The notes: a model not told the origin generated them from the letters alone. Counted from the first letter of the stretch, positions 1-12,749 are shown. The stretch is DNA of 64,000 nt from Blastocladiella emersonii ATCC 22665 (GCA_025594325.1 JANHCV010000001.1:744001-808000); one strand, 5' to 3'. Translations and numbers: made by a program.

Positions 1-1
1 C

Positions 2-655
2 GAGCCTGGCCACGGCCACCACCACCTCCACCACCACTCGCACCATCATCAACAACATCATTCTCCACACCTCGGCTTCGCGCCTTCCTCACGGCCCACG
101 CCGCCTCCACCACCACCACTACCGCCCCCGTACCACGTCCCTGTCGCCGGCGGCCACGGCCACGGCGGCGCGCCTCCGATCACCGCGCCGGCCTCGCCAT
201 TCGCCGCCTTCACCACGACCACGGGCGAGCCGCGACGTCGGCCGGCCGACCCTCACCGTGCCGTGAGCAGTACGGCGGCGGGTATGACGTTCTCGACGCG
301 TCCGCCGCTCCCGCCGCGGTCGTGGCCTTCCTCTGCCGCCGTCGGCGCTGCGCCGCCCGCGTCGTACCACGGATTCTGGGCGCGGCAGCCCTCGACGGCC
401 GCCCCCGGCGCCGCGTCGCCGCCCGTCGCGGGTCCATCTTCTTCGGCGTCGGCGCCGATGCAGACATTTGCAGGTTCGCTGTCCGTCCATTGTTCGCGTC
501 CCCGAAGCTATTGTTGCTCCTGCAACTCGCGGGGCGGAGGGCGGGGTGAGACGAGACGCGACGCCCTGGGGGCTGGCTTCCCCTTCTCGAACGCATCTCG
601 GCGGGCGGGCCCGCAGCCATCGCTGCGGTCCAGCAAACCGACCGCGCCACCGTGA
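2..655 (+). CDS. Open frame entering from the left edge; His/Pro-rich low-complexity segment. Possibly the 5' exon of the downstream H2C2-domain gene via an intron 546-854
   Basis: Frame 2 is open from position 2 (EPGHGHHHLHHHSHHHQQHH...PPPPLPPP) to TGA at 653-655. GTGAG donor at 546 is phase-compatible with a CTAG acceptor at 851-854. Confidence 0.4.
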   Translation, partial: EPGHGHHHLHHHSHHHQQHHSPHLGFAPSSRPTPPPPPPLPPPYHVPVAGGHGHGGAPPITAPASPFAAFTTTTGEPRRRPADPHRAVSSTAAGMTFSTRPPLPPRSWPSSAAVGAAPPASYHGFWARQPSTAAPGAASPPVAGPSSSASAPMQTFAGSLSVHCSRPRSYCCSCNSRGGGRGETRRDALGAGFPFSNASRRAGPQPSLRSSKPTAPP

Positions 656-854
656 GCTCTTCATGCTCGCGCACGAGCTCGTCGATCGCAGAAGCGGGGC
701 CTGGCTGGCCGCCGTGGTCCACGCTGGCCCCCGGCCCGGCCGCCCTGGCCGCCCCGGCCCCCGCCTCGCCCTATTCCCTTTCATTTGGGCCAACCTGCTC
801 TGCTCGTCCTGCACCACTTGCTGACTTGTCTTCATTCATTTCCACGTCGTCTAG

Positions 855-2301
855 CGCCCGACACGCGAGGCTGGCCCGCCGCACAGCATCACCCGCGGCC
901 GCGCGCGCCGTTCCACCGCCACGCGCGGCCGGATCACCTCCCGCATCACGATGCGGCACCCCTGCGGGCTCCGCAGCCGCCTGGCCGTGCATCGCTCGAG
1001 ACGCGGTTCCATCTCCCGCCGCTCCCGCCGCCGCCTCCGCTGATCCCGACGCCCGCGCAGACGCCGCCGACGGCGGGCGGTGACGCAGTGGCGCGCGATC
1101 ACGGCGTGGGCGTTCCGGCACCGCGGTCCCCTCCGCCGCCGCGACCGATCCACCACCCCATCCCCGTACTCCCGGCGAACCTGATTGCGGCCGCTGCGGC
1201 TGCCGCGGCCAAAGAGTCCTCATCCTCCTCATCCTCCCTCCCCGCTCTCCCGCCGCTCCCCTTACCACGCTCCTCGCCGCCCGCCGCGCCGAGCTCCCGC
1301 TCCGCGTCGCCCGCCGACGCCCCTTCCACCGCCGCACACCCTGGTGAGCCCTTCTGCACGCCGCGGTCGTACCACCTATTCAACAGGGCCTCGTACGCGC
1401 TGATGGTGCACTGCGTAGCGGCATCGCGGTCGCCGAAGACGGCCGCGATCGACGCGGCGGACCGCGACCGGCCCGTGTCGTTCAAGCGGTGGAAGCGGCT
1501 GCAGGGGAACCTGCGGGTTGTCGCGGTGCGGCGGGTCGCGGGGGAGGTGTGGTTTGGGGCCGACGCGGCGAGTGTAAGGCAGGCGGCGGGGGGTGAGGAG
1601 GCGGTGCAGTTGCCTGAGCCGGAGGATGATGGGGACGGGGTGGGGGAGGTCGAGTACCGGCTCGTGTGGCGGACGTGTTCCAAGAACTTGTGGATCGTGC
1701 CCGTCGAGGTGCGTTTACTCATTCACCTTCGAGTTCCGACGACTGGAGATTAACTCGTTCGCGATCGGCGTGTACTGTAGCACTGGCCAGAAGTCTTCCG
1801 TTCGATCCACGTCGTGCCGGCGACCACGGGCGAGTGGCCCGTTCACCTGCGCCTGCAGGAAACGGTTCGCGCGGTACGCTCTAATTCATCATTCCCCTTA
1901 CAACCCCCGCTAACTCACGTCCCGAATAGCTCTCGCTGCGGTACCAAACGCGCCGCTCGCGGTCCGGCATCACGACGGACGCGGTGCGCGAGCACATTCT
2001 CGGGTGCGAGTGCCAGGCGCCAAGACACGGGCGCGGGCGGCGGCCCAAGGCGGTGGTCGCGGGCCGGGCGCGCGTCAAGTCGCGCGCTGCTGCGGGCGCG
2101 AAGTCGAAACGCGCCGTCGACCAAGCGAGCGGCGATGACGGCGACGAGGAGGACGAGTCGCTCCTCGAGGAGGAAGAGGAGGACGGGGACGCGAGCGAGA
2201 TCGAGATGGTGCCGCCCGATGAGCGACAACCGTTGCGGGACGACGACGAGGAGGATGGTGACGGATCGGAGCGACCGCGCAAGCAGGCGCGGCTCCGGTA
2301 G
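855..2301 (+). CDS. Intron-containing protein with an integrase zinc-binding (H2C2)-like domain and acidic/basic tail; 5' end uncertain
   Basis: Splicing introns 1709-1780 and 1874-1929 gives HWPEVFRSIHVVPATTGEWPVHLRLQETVRALSLRYQTRRSRSGITTDAVREHILGCECQ, then an acidic tract and RPRKQARLR*, stop 2299-2301. Confidence 0.6.
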
Positions 2302-2398
2302 CAGTAGTAGTTGTGCAAGAGGAAATAGTTTGGGAGTGATAGTCGCAGGCAATGAACGGATTTGAACTGTTTTTCTTTCTTTCCATCGGTGCATACTC

Positions 2399-2745
2399 TC
2401 AGATTCGCGAAATGTACAAGACTACACCCGCACGCAGGTCAGTTCACGGCAACCCGTAAACACCCAGCGTGACGCACCGTTGTTGCCGCGGACGAGGGCG
2501 TCGCCGTAGACGTTGGTGCGGCGTCCGGCAGCGTACTCCTCCGTGTCCTCGAGCACAATGTTCATGTAGCCGTCGAGGCACGCGAGGCGGCCGCGGTACT
2601 CGATGCCCGAGTTGAGCTTGACGGCGACGTGGCTGCCGACCAGCGCGCCGAGAAAGTCGGACGGGGCTTTGCGTTCGGCCCTGCGCGCGCGCGATCCGGG
2701 GCGTCAGAACGGAGGGCGGGGGTAATTCATGGGTCGTAGTTACAT
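2399..2745 (-). CDS. LSM6: U6 snRNA-associated Sm-like protein LSm6 (3 exons; ATG split by first intron)
   Basis: MAERKAPSDFLGALVGSHVAVKLNSGIEYRGRLACLDGYMNIVLEDTEEY...YGDALVRGNNVLYISRI*. Introns 2743-2681 and about 2477-2422. Confidence 0.93.
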
Positions 2746-3075
2746 TGCAGGAGGTGCGAAGCTTCGTGAGGGTATGCTTTGAGAGCAAGGAGAGGGGGAG
2801 CACGACCGACACGCGTCGATGCGAGCGAGCAAGGCCGGATTTCACGCCCGCACGTGACGCGTTCCGCGCGGTTCTGGCTTTCAAGGGGGGCGTGGCGCCC
2901 GGTGAGCGCCGCGGTGGGTCGCCACTCACCGCTCCGCCGCGGCCGCCGCCCGCCAGCGTGGCCCGCGCCGGCCGCGCCCAACTCTCTCTCCCCTCTTCGG
3001 TCAGAGCGAGCCAACCCCTCCCACAGCTGCTGCAACGTATCGCCGAAAGAGTGTAAACACGCAACCACCGTCATC

Positions 3076-3790
3076 ATGTTTATCGTCAACTGGTTCTGGG
3101 ACGTGCTGTCGTCGCTCGGTACGGATCGCCCCGCCGTCTGCGCCACACACACGCGACTCCCGGCGCTGACGACGTTTACGGGGAAACAGGCCTCGTCAAC
3201 AAGAACGCCAAGATCCTGTTCCTCGGCCTCGACAATGCCGGCAAGACGACGCTCCTGCACATGCTCAAGAACGACCGGCTCGCGACGCTGCAGCCGACGC
3301 TGCACCCGAGTACGTTCCCCTGCGCCGTCTCCGCGCGACCTCCACCCCCTCGCTGACCACGGGACGCGTCTGCCCTGTAGCCAAGGAGGAGCTCGCCATC
3401 GGCAACATCAAGTTCACGACGTTCGATCTGGGCGGCCACCTGCAGGCGCGGCGCATCTGGAAGGACTACTTCCCGGAGGTGGACGCCATCGTGTTCCTGG
3501 TCGACACGGCCGACCGCGCGCGGTTCCCCGAGGCCAAGCAGGAGCTCGACGGTCTGCTGGCGCTCGAGCCCCTCGCCAACGTGCCCTTCCTGATCCTCGG
3601 CAACAAGATCGACGCGCCCGGCGCCGTCTCCGAGGAGGAGCTCCGCTACTACCTCGGGCTCGCCCAGACCACGGGCAAGGGCAAGTCGGCGCTCGCGCCG
3701 GGTGTCCGCCCGATCGAGGTCTTCATGTGCTCCATCGTCCTCAAGCAGGGGTACGGCGAGGGGTTCCGCTGGATGTCCAACTACATCTAA
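3076..3790 (+). CDS. SAR1: Small COPII GTPase Sar1 (3 exons)
   Basis: [25 protein letters not shown]-loop, DLGGH, NKID. Introns 3119-3189 and 3310-3380. Confidence 0.97.
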
Positions 3791-3935
3791 GCGTTCCGCT
3801 TGTTGTTGTCTTACTCCCTCGCTCTCGTCTCTTTGTCTCTCTCTCTTCGGTAATATGGTTAATCAAGGTTTCTCGCACTCATCGGTGAAGGAGAGGAGAG
3901 TAATAGTATGCACAAAATGAGCAACCCCGCGCTCA

Positions 3936-6900
3936 TCACAACTTGGACGCGCCCGCCCCACCGCCACCGCCATCGCGCCGCCGCACGTAGAACAGCGTGT
4001 ACGCGGCATTCGTCACGATCTTCTCCTGGGCGCACGGCGACACGCGCGAGTCGTCAAAGTAATGCCAGTCATCGCCGTGCTGGACCGCCGCCGTGTAATG
4101 CCCGCCGTCGAGCCCGCCGTAGTGGTTGCTGACGCCGTACAGGTCGTACACCAGGGCGTCCGCGCCGCGCGGGTACCCGAGGTACTCGTTGAGGTTGAGC
4201 GCGCGGATCGGGAACTGCACCAGGTGCATCAGCTTGTTGCGGAACGGGCCCGCGTACGAGAACCGCTTCAGGTGCACGACCAGGATCGCGGGGAAGCGGG
4301 TGATGAGCGTCGATTTCTCGGACCGCCGCGCGCACTTGCACGCCGGGCACCGCCACGCGTCGTCGCCGTCGAGGATCTCGGGGCGGAGGAACTCGTCGAG
4401 GCACGCTTCGAGCGCGGCCACACCCCCACCGCCGCCGCCCGCCGCGGGGAGCGGCAGGGACAGGGATGTGAAGGGGGCGAACGTGACGGACGTGGCGCCG
4501 CACGTCAGACACCGGAGCTGCGACCGTAGCATGCCCTGGAACAGGTGCGTTACGAAGCTCGCGTTGCGCACGAGGTACCGGTCCCACGCGATGCGGCCGG
4601 CGTCGTGCGGGTCGAGCGTCGCGAGGTCGTCGTTGTCGTCGGGCGGCAGCGCGGCGTTGGGCGGAGGCGGCTGCTTCAGGTCCTCGTGCAGCGCGTCCAG
4701 CAGGTACGTCAGGAACTCTTGCGAGTCCTGCTGCTCGCGCGTCGCAAAGTGCGGGGCCACGTCCGCGAGCATGTCCTACACGGCGTCGTTAGCGCAGCTA
4801 CTTCTCGCGAAAGCGCGTAGAGCGTACCCGAAACGCGACCGGCGCAACCGTCGTGCCCGAACTCCTGACCATATCCTGGATGAGGTCAAAGAACGCGCGC
4901 GCGACCTTGCCGCCCGTCCCCAACGGATTCTTCGGGTTGACGTGGCTGCGAAACTCGCCCGACGCAAAGAACCGCGCGAGCGGCACCGTCCCCTGGAGAC
5001 ACTGCAGGATCGAGTTCTGGTAGCACGAGTTGCCGAGGTTCTTGAGCCCGACCACCCCGTGCGACCGCGCTACCTGCGACAGCGCCGCGTTGCTGTCGTG
5101 GAACCGGAAGTCGGCGGCCGCGCCCGCGTATGCCGAGGACGGGGAGCTCGCCATGAGCGAGGAGCGCACGGGGGAGGACGTCATGTTCGACGAGCTCGCC
5201 GTCGACCGCCGCGCTGCGAGGGCTGCCGGGGACAGGCGCGGCGGCAGGTTCGGCACGCCGAGCCGTGGGCCTGGAACCGCCGGGGGACGCTCGATGGGCG
5301 CCAGCGACGACGCGCGCGGCGCGATGCTCGGAAGCATGGGCGCTGACGAGATGGGCGCGGGCACGGTGGAGGGTTTCGCGACATTGCTGCCCGGGTACGC
5401 GGCGCCCGCCGTGTAAATGTCAAAGTCGGCCACGTTCCCGACACCGTCCCAGTACATAGGGTTGTAGATGGACTCGCGCGCGCGCTGGCTGCGCCGGATC
5501 CGCGCGGCGGCTGCCGTGTCATCCGAGGGCTGCATCGACTGCGGCGCGGTCGGCGACGGGCGGTGCGTGCCGATGATCTAGGTTGGCGGGGAGGAGCGTT
5601 AGCCGTCGTCGGCGAAGCGCGATAGGCAAGACGTACCTTGTCGTGCGCCGAGCGGAGGTACGTCGCGTTCGTGAGCACCGGCGCGATTGGGCGCCGGATC
5701 AGCGGGTCGCCGCCACCACCGGTCGTCGGGCTCTTGAGCGCATTCACGGACGGCGCGGCGGGCAGGCCGAGGTACGGGATGTCGAGGCCCGCAGTGAGGG
5801 CCGGGTCGATGGGGCTCGTGAGCTCGGACACGGACGAGGACCGGGTCGGGATCCCGGATGCGTCGATACGCGCGGGCGGCGCGGCGGTGGTCCCGTTGCG
5901 CGCGTAGCCCGAGGTCGTCGGGGTGCCGGGCAGCGAGGCGGAGCCGGCGGACGACGCCGAGGCGGCGGTGCGGACCGAGGTGGTGCGGGCGGGGACGCCG
6001 CCGGGCGGGCCGGTGAGCACGTCGGATGAGGTAGTGGGAGCGGCGGCGGCTCGCGCGGCGAGGATGGCGGATTTGAGGGATTCGCAGCGGTCCATGATCT
6101 CGGGGAGGCGGCGCTACAGGATTGACGAGATGTGAATGGGGAGTGCGAGGTGAGAGGATCGGGACACGTACACTGAGGACGGCGTGCTCGTGCTTCTCGG
6201 CGGGCGACATGTGGACGCCGTTGAGGCGCTTCATGAGCGTCCTATGTTCGCGCGCGTCAGTCCCAGACCCGCACCCAACGCGACAACCGAGGGCACGCAC
6301 ATGAGGAAGCAGTAGTAGTAGACGTAAGCGTCGTCCTGCTTGCGCACGTCCATGTGCTGGTCGCCCTTGGCGAGGAGCTTCTTGGCGTAGTCAATGGCGC
6401 GGGCGGGTTTCGTGGCGGCGCTCGGGATCGCGGCCTCGGCGCGCGCGTTGAGCGCGGCCACGTACTCGGCGGCCGCCGCGTCCGCCTTACGCGAAGAAAC
6501 CGGTGTCGGTGTCGGGACCATGGGGAACTCGCGCGGGATCGGCAGCGATTGCGGGGCGAGGTGCAGGTCGAAATCGAGGTCGAGCGTCAGGTTCAGCGTC
6601 GGCAGCGGCGCGAGCGCGGGCGAGGAAGAACCGTGGGCCGAGTCGCGGTACGGCGACGTTGAGGAAGAGGAGACGCGCAGCGGGGCAACGGAACGGACGG
6701 ACGCGGGCGCGGCACCCGACACGTCAAAGTTGAAGCTCTGGGTGGCGAGGTCGATGGGCGACGGCGGCGGGTCCTCGTCGTGCGCGAAGCCGAGGGCCGA
6801 GTCGGAGCGCGGCGGCGGTTTCCGGGAGGATGACGATGAGGAAGTGCGGGGCGGACGCGAGGCAGCGGTGGCGGCGCGCGAGCGGACAGAGCCCGAGTCG

Positions 6901-7280
6901 TCGGCCAAGGGTTCAGTGACGGCGTCGAGGTCGTGCTCGATGCGCGGCGAGTCGGCGGCGGCGGACCGGCCCGGCAGCCAGCTGGGGGCGCAGAGGATGG
7001 GCGAGCGGAAGATGCGCGGCGCGCGGATGCGCCAGCGGGACGGCGAGTTGCTCGATGAGGTGGAAGATTCGGCGAGCGGGTGTTGATGCGGCGACTGCGC
7101 GAAACCCGATCGCTGTGCGGTGACGAGCGGCGACGAGGGACGGCGCGACGACGAGGACGAGGGCGCGGGCGACGGGGCGCGCGAGGTGGGCGCCGAGAAG
7201 GAGAGTGGCGAGGCGGAGCGCGAGGGCGGCTGCGACTGCGACGTGGAGGGGGTCGGAGAGTCGGAGCGCCAGCTGGGCAT
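3936..7280 (-). CDS. Ubiquitin carboxyl-terminal hydrolase of the USP8/Doa4/USP2 group; USP8-dimer-like N-terminal domain, no evident rhodanese domain, C-terminal SKL
   Basis: Cys box GLKNLGNSCYQNSILQCL, QQDSQEFL, His box NHYGGLDGGHYTA, WHYFDDSRV. Helical AKKLLAKGDQHMDVRKQDDAYVYY segment. About four introns (6300-6242, about 6168-6116, about 5636-5581, about 4830-4785). Confidence 0.9.
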
Positions 7281-7919
7281 GGGGACGCGCCGGCGCGGGG
7301 GGACGCGGGCCCGGCAGCGGAGGTTGTATGGTGGGAGTGGGTGGAGAGTGCGTGTGCGCGCGGTTGCGGTCAGTCAGAGTGGTGTTGCTCGCGGCGATGC
7401 ATCGGGTCCGTTCCCGCGAAAGGGAGAGGGGAGAAGCGAAGCGGCGACGCGATGATGGCGCCGCAGAGACGGGAAGGCAGCGCCACGCGCGCACGTGGCC
7501 GCGGCCCACACGCTCCGCGACCCGCGCGCCACTCGCCGCCGCCGCCGACTTCTCTCCGCTCCCCGCAACGGTGCTGTGCCACTCGCGACCGACCGACTCT
7601 GTGCAACGTATCGACCACCGCCGACCACTGCCGCCGCGCTCCACGCGTTGCACCCAGTCCGCCGCCCCCTGCGCCTGTCCCCGCGCGCCCGGCCCTGCCC
7701 ATTCAGCAGCAACTGCGCGCACGTGCCCACGCGTCGCCCATCTCCACCGCCGACGCCGCCCTCGCCGCCCCCGCAGCGACGTCGACGCCCACCACCGCCC
7801 ACCCCTCCCTCTCTCCAACCCCCACCAGTCCCCGCCCCCCGCTCGCCAAGATTTGGAACAACTTTGGCCGCGGGCTCTCGAGCGCCATCTCCAAGCGCAT
7901 CTCGTCGGCCCGATCGAGC

Positions 7920-10900
7920 ATGTCGCTCGACTCAAACTCCACCTCCTCGCCCTCGGCCGCGGGCACCGGCGGCGGCGCGACCCCGCCCCAGGGATTCGAC
8001 GATGCCGCCGACCTCGAGTCCGTCGCCTCGTCGTCCGCCACGGGGCTCGGCGGCGCCGCGCCCTCCGCGCTGCCCGTGCCCGGCCCGACCCCGCTCAGCA
8101 GCACCATTGCGCCCTCGTCCGTGATCGACGACGACAGCCCTACCGCCGCGACGCCCGATCCCGCTGCCGTGCTGCCGACGCCGCCGCCTTCTTCCACTAC
8201 AACGAGCGCCGAGGACCCGCGCGCGCTCATCACGTACCGCGACGACTTCCGGCTGTGGCCGCACGTCGAGAAGCACCTGGTCCCGCGCCTGCCGCTCCGC
8301 AACCTGACGTGGCGCTCGCTGCGCGGCGTGCGCACCATCCCGCTGCTCGACGTGCGCGTGCGGCCCTTTGACCCGACCTCGCTGCCGCGCACCGCCATGT
8401 TCGCCGCCCTCACCCCGACCCTGCACCTCTACTTTGTCCACTGCGACGACCCCGAGACCTACCGCCAGGTCATCCGCAACGAGATCAAGAAGTGGGTCGC
8501 CCTCTTCAACAACAAAAAGGACCAGGAGTGGCTCATCGTCTACATTGCCGCCGCCTCCGACTCTTCCTCGACCTCGTCGTCCAACGGCACCGCCAAGAAC
8601 AAGTTCTTCAACAACATGAACATGAACATGTCCATGTCCATGGGCAAGACCTCGGTCCTCGACAAGATCAAGGCCGACTTCCACAAGTCGGGCGACAAGC
8701 GCGACCGCGTCGTGTCCCTGCGCCTCCTCGACACCGAGTCGAGCGGCGACCACGGCGTCTGGGGCGACTTCTTCCTGCGCGTCAAGGACGGCCTGCTCGC
8801 CTCCTTCGAGTCGCAGGTCCACCGCTACGACGAGGACATTGCCCGCCTCGACGCCCAGCGCCTCACGCCCGGCTGGAACTTCTGCCACTTCTTCCTCCTC
8901 AAGGAGGGGCTCGCCAACTGCTTCGAGGCCATTGCCCTGCACGAGGACGCCCTCATCCAGTACGAGGAGCTCGAGGCCGCCCACTTCCAGACCCTGCACA
9001 CCCAGATCACCTCGTTCACGACGTTTGGCGGCACCGCGCCCGGCGACGACCACGTCGCACCCTACCTCTTCGGCCAGGCCTCGCGCAAGGACTACCGCGC
9101 CCTGCTCATGTCCAACGACATCTCCGTCTTCGACTTCCGCTGGTACCTCGTGCGCCAGCAGCTGCGCATGGTCCACCGCCAGCGCCACGCCGCCGAGCTC
9201 GCCACGCGGGCTGCCGCGTTCCTGCGCCAGTTCGGTCCCGTCCTCGCCGCCAACGAGCCCGACCTACCGCTCTTCTTTGCCGAGTCGTTTACGCTGTCGT
9301 TCGTCGACGCCGTCCTCGCCGCCGTCGACGCCATGATCCCCGCCCTCCGCCTCGACCCCGACGCCATGGCCCGCCTCCAGTCCACCCGCCTCGACCTCAT
9401 CCTCCTCGCCAAGGCCGCGCTCGACCGCATCGGCGTCCTCGCCCATGGCGCGCGCCCGAGTCTCGGCGCTCCGCTCGCCGATTCCGGAAACGCCGGGTCC
9501 GTGCGCCCCGAGGACCTCGCCGACGCCGCCGCCGCGCTCGCGAACCCGGCTGCCCGCGACGCCCTGGCGAGTCTCGCCGGGTACGCGCGCGTGTACTCGT
9601 CGTACCTCGACGCCGGGCACATGGCGGCGTCGCTCGCGCAGAAACCGCGGCTCGCGACGCTCCTGCAGACGGACCGCGCCAACCTGCATTTCGCGCTCGG
9701 CGAGTGGCACGCGGCCTCGGCGCTGTACGCGGCGGTCGTCGCCACGTACGCCGAGGTCGGGTGGCTGCTCATCGACCGGTCGCTCCTCCAGCGCCAGGCC
9801 GCGTGCTACGCGCGGCTCGGCGCCACCCAGGAGTACCTCATGACGTGTCTCCGGCTCGTCGCGTCGAATATCATCCATGGGAACCACCATGTCCCGAAAT
9901 CGGTCAAGGGCGATGGGCTCGTGCATGACGCCGACATGGCGCAGCTCGCGGCGCAGGCGCACGAGCTCGTGGACCCCGTCGTCGTCGAGTTCGCGCCCCT
10001 GTTCGAGTGTCTCCTCCCCGCGACGCTGTTCACCGCGTACGACGCGGAAGCGGAGGGTGGCGTCGTGACGCTGCCGACCGCGGTCCGTATCGTGTCGCAC
10101 CTCGCCGCCCCGCTCGCCATCGACCGCATCTCGCTCTCGCTCGTCGGCGGCGAGACCAACGACCTCGTCTTCTACCGAGGCCGCCGCACCGCTGCGCTCG
10201 ACCCCGCCAGCGACGACACGTTCGAGCTGCTACCCGGCGAGAACCTGGTCCCGATGCAGTGGGAGAAGCCCTCAACGGCCGGCGACTACGTGGCGGAGAA
10301 AGTCAAGATCGAGGTCGGCCGGCTCGTCTTCGTCACCAACCTGCTCAAGGAGAACCGCAAGCACACGCTGCGCATCCACGAGCCGCCCAACCCCGTCGCC
10401 CTCGCCCTCACGCTGCCGCCTGTTTTGGGGGTCGATAACCGCAAGGTCATGCTGCGCATCGACTCGGCGCTCCCCGTCTCCGACGCCACCGTCACGCTGT
10501 GGTCGCTCGTCCCGCAGCCCACCGCCCTGCAGCCCGTGTCCGCATGTGTCCTCGACCCGCATGACGGGGACCCGACGCCCCTCGAACCGCTCCCGCCCGC
10601 CGTCGGCCGGTTCCTCGTCCCCGCGTTCACCGGCGCGGCGGAGCTGGTGCTCGAGCTCCCCGACCGGTTTGACGAGGCGTCCATCAAGGCCGTGTTCGAG
10701 TTCGAGGCCGCGGGGCGCGTGCATACCGTGTCGCTCGTCGATACCGTGCGCAACTCGGCGGTCCCCCGCATTGACCGCGACGTCCAGGTGCTGGGCGACG
10801 ACATGGTGCTCGTGTTCGAGGTCACCAACGAGGACCCCGCGAATGTGCTCCGCATCGACGATTACGCGGTCGAGGTCGAGGGGGGTTCGGTTGTGCTCAC

Positions 10901-12105
10901 GGATCTGCACCACGAGGCTACGGTACGCGTTCTTGCGAAGTGATTCGTGGGTGTCGGTGGCTGACTCGTGTGTTTGTAGTACCTCCCGCCCGGCAGCTCG
11001 ACGACGCTCGCGTTCCTCGTGACGCCGACCGGCCCCTCCGTAGCCTCGTTCGACGCGCAGCTCGTCCTGCACCACCACTTCCTGCGGGAAGACGTGCAGC
11101 ACCACGTCTCCTCGGCTCTCCTCGCCGCGATGCGCGCGCGCGACCTCGCGCTCTACTTCCCGATCCTCAACCACGCGTGGACCGCGCACGTCGCGTCGCT
11201 CGACTGGACCTCGCTCGTTCTCGCCGGCACCATGCGCGTCCCCGACCCCGGCACGCTCCCACTCGGGATCCTGCCCGCCGACGTCGGCGCCGCCCTGCGC
11301 GATGTCGAAAAGGAGTTTTACGCGGTGAGCGGGGCGACGGTCAGCTTGCCCGACCTCGTCCCCGCGGGCCGGTCGCGCCGCACCGTGTGCGGGTTCCACC
11401 AGCCGATGCCCGCCGCGCACGTCCAGTACGCGCTCGTCCCACGGGATTCTGGGGAAGCGGTCGTGATTGGCCGGCCGATGCCGTGCGAGCTGTCGATCGC
11501 GCGGTCGCGTGGCGCGAGCGAGCTCGACGCCGTGTACGAGCTCGACGTCAACGAGGACCACTGGCTCGTTGTCGGTGGCCGGCGGAGGGCGTTTACGATT
11601 GCGGTACGCTTTCCTTGCTCTTTTGTTATCCGCAATCATCACTGACCTCCGTGGAATGTAGCAGGACGCGTCCCTGACCTTCGCCCTCGCCCTGATCCCG
11701 CTCGCTAGCGGCCGTCTCGCGCTCCCGACCGTCTCGATCGTCGTCCGGTCCGCCAACGCCGACACCCTCGTCACCGTCGAGGAGCTCGCGGGCAACGGGC
11801 CCGCCGCCGTCCCGGTCCACCCCGAGGCGACGGCTACGCTCGTCGTCGTCGCTGGGAACCAGGTGCAGCGCATCGGTCAAGCTGTTGCCGCGCCCGCGGT
11901 GGTCGACGAGCAGCAGCCGACGGTCGCGTCGTCCCGCACTTCGCTCGTGGCGGCAAGCGCGGCGGTCGGGCGGAGTCGGTCGAGCTTGCACGCCACGGCG
12001 GGACCGGGAACGTCGATCGCCGCGGTCGCGGCGACATCGGCCCGGTCGTTGCTCGGGCTGAACCGAAACTCAGATTTCAGTGTCGCGGCGGCGGGGTCGT
12101 CATAG
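7920..12105 (+). CDS. TRS130: TRAPP II subunit Trs130/TRAPPC10; start codon uncertain
   Basis: LPLRNLTWRS, LHLYFVHCDDPETYRQVIRNEIKKW, EWLIVY, RLTPGWNFCHFFLLKEGLA...HEDALIQYEELEA. Introns near 10923-10979 and 11604-11662. Confidence 0.88.
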
Positions 12106-12523
12106 AATTTTGGAGAGGAGAGAGTGATACATCACGTTTGCAATCAATTTGCGGGGTAGATGGTCGTTGTGGTCGAGTGAGGAGGAACGCTTCTGCCTGC
12201 GCGAAAGGCAAACGGCACGGATATGGCAGCGACCGCATGGCTATCGAACATGACGTTCAGCTGCTCAAGGGCGGCGAAGCCGGGGGTCCGTTCCCTCGTC
12301 TACGCTCAACGATGGGGTCGGGCGGGCACTGGTGCGAGACACGCTACGAGACGCGTTGCGCCACACACGTGCGGTAGATCTCGCGCGAGAAGGCGGTCCT
12401 GTCTCTGGCCGAAACTGTACCATCCATCTTGATACGATCACGAAGGGAGTGATTCGAGCAACAGTACATCTATTATACTTGATGTCGAACCCGGAGCGGG
12501 TGGAGGGCATGGCGGCGGTGGTG

Positions 12524-12552
12524 GTGGTGGGAATGGTGGGAATGGTGGGAAT
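12524..12552 (+). repeat. 9-bp tandem repeat (TGGTGGGAA)x3
   Basis: Directly visible: tggtgggaatggtgggaatggtgggaatgg. Confidence 0.8.
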
Positions 12553-12749
12553 GGTCGTCGTATGTTGATTGCGTTGCAAAGAGCGGTTGTTGTAGATTGC
12601 GCCAAGTTTCATGCCCGTAGCGACGGGGGGTGGGAGGTGGTAACGGCTTCAGAGCAGGTCGGGCGGTCGGTCGGTTGGCTACTAATACTTTTGCTCGCTG
12701 GATCATGGCCTTGACGGTCCCCCGGGCGCTGGGAGATTGTCTCGCGAGC

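Noticed and set aside
7080-7919. N-terminal extension of the TRS130 ORF to 1287 aa
   Set aside because: Starts at a non-ATG codon, overlaps the USP start and spans promoter-like DNA; 7920 is the more plausible start.
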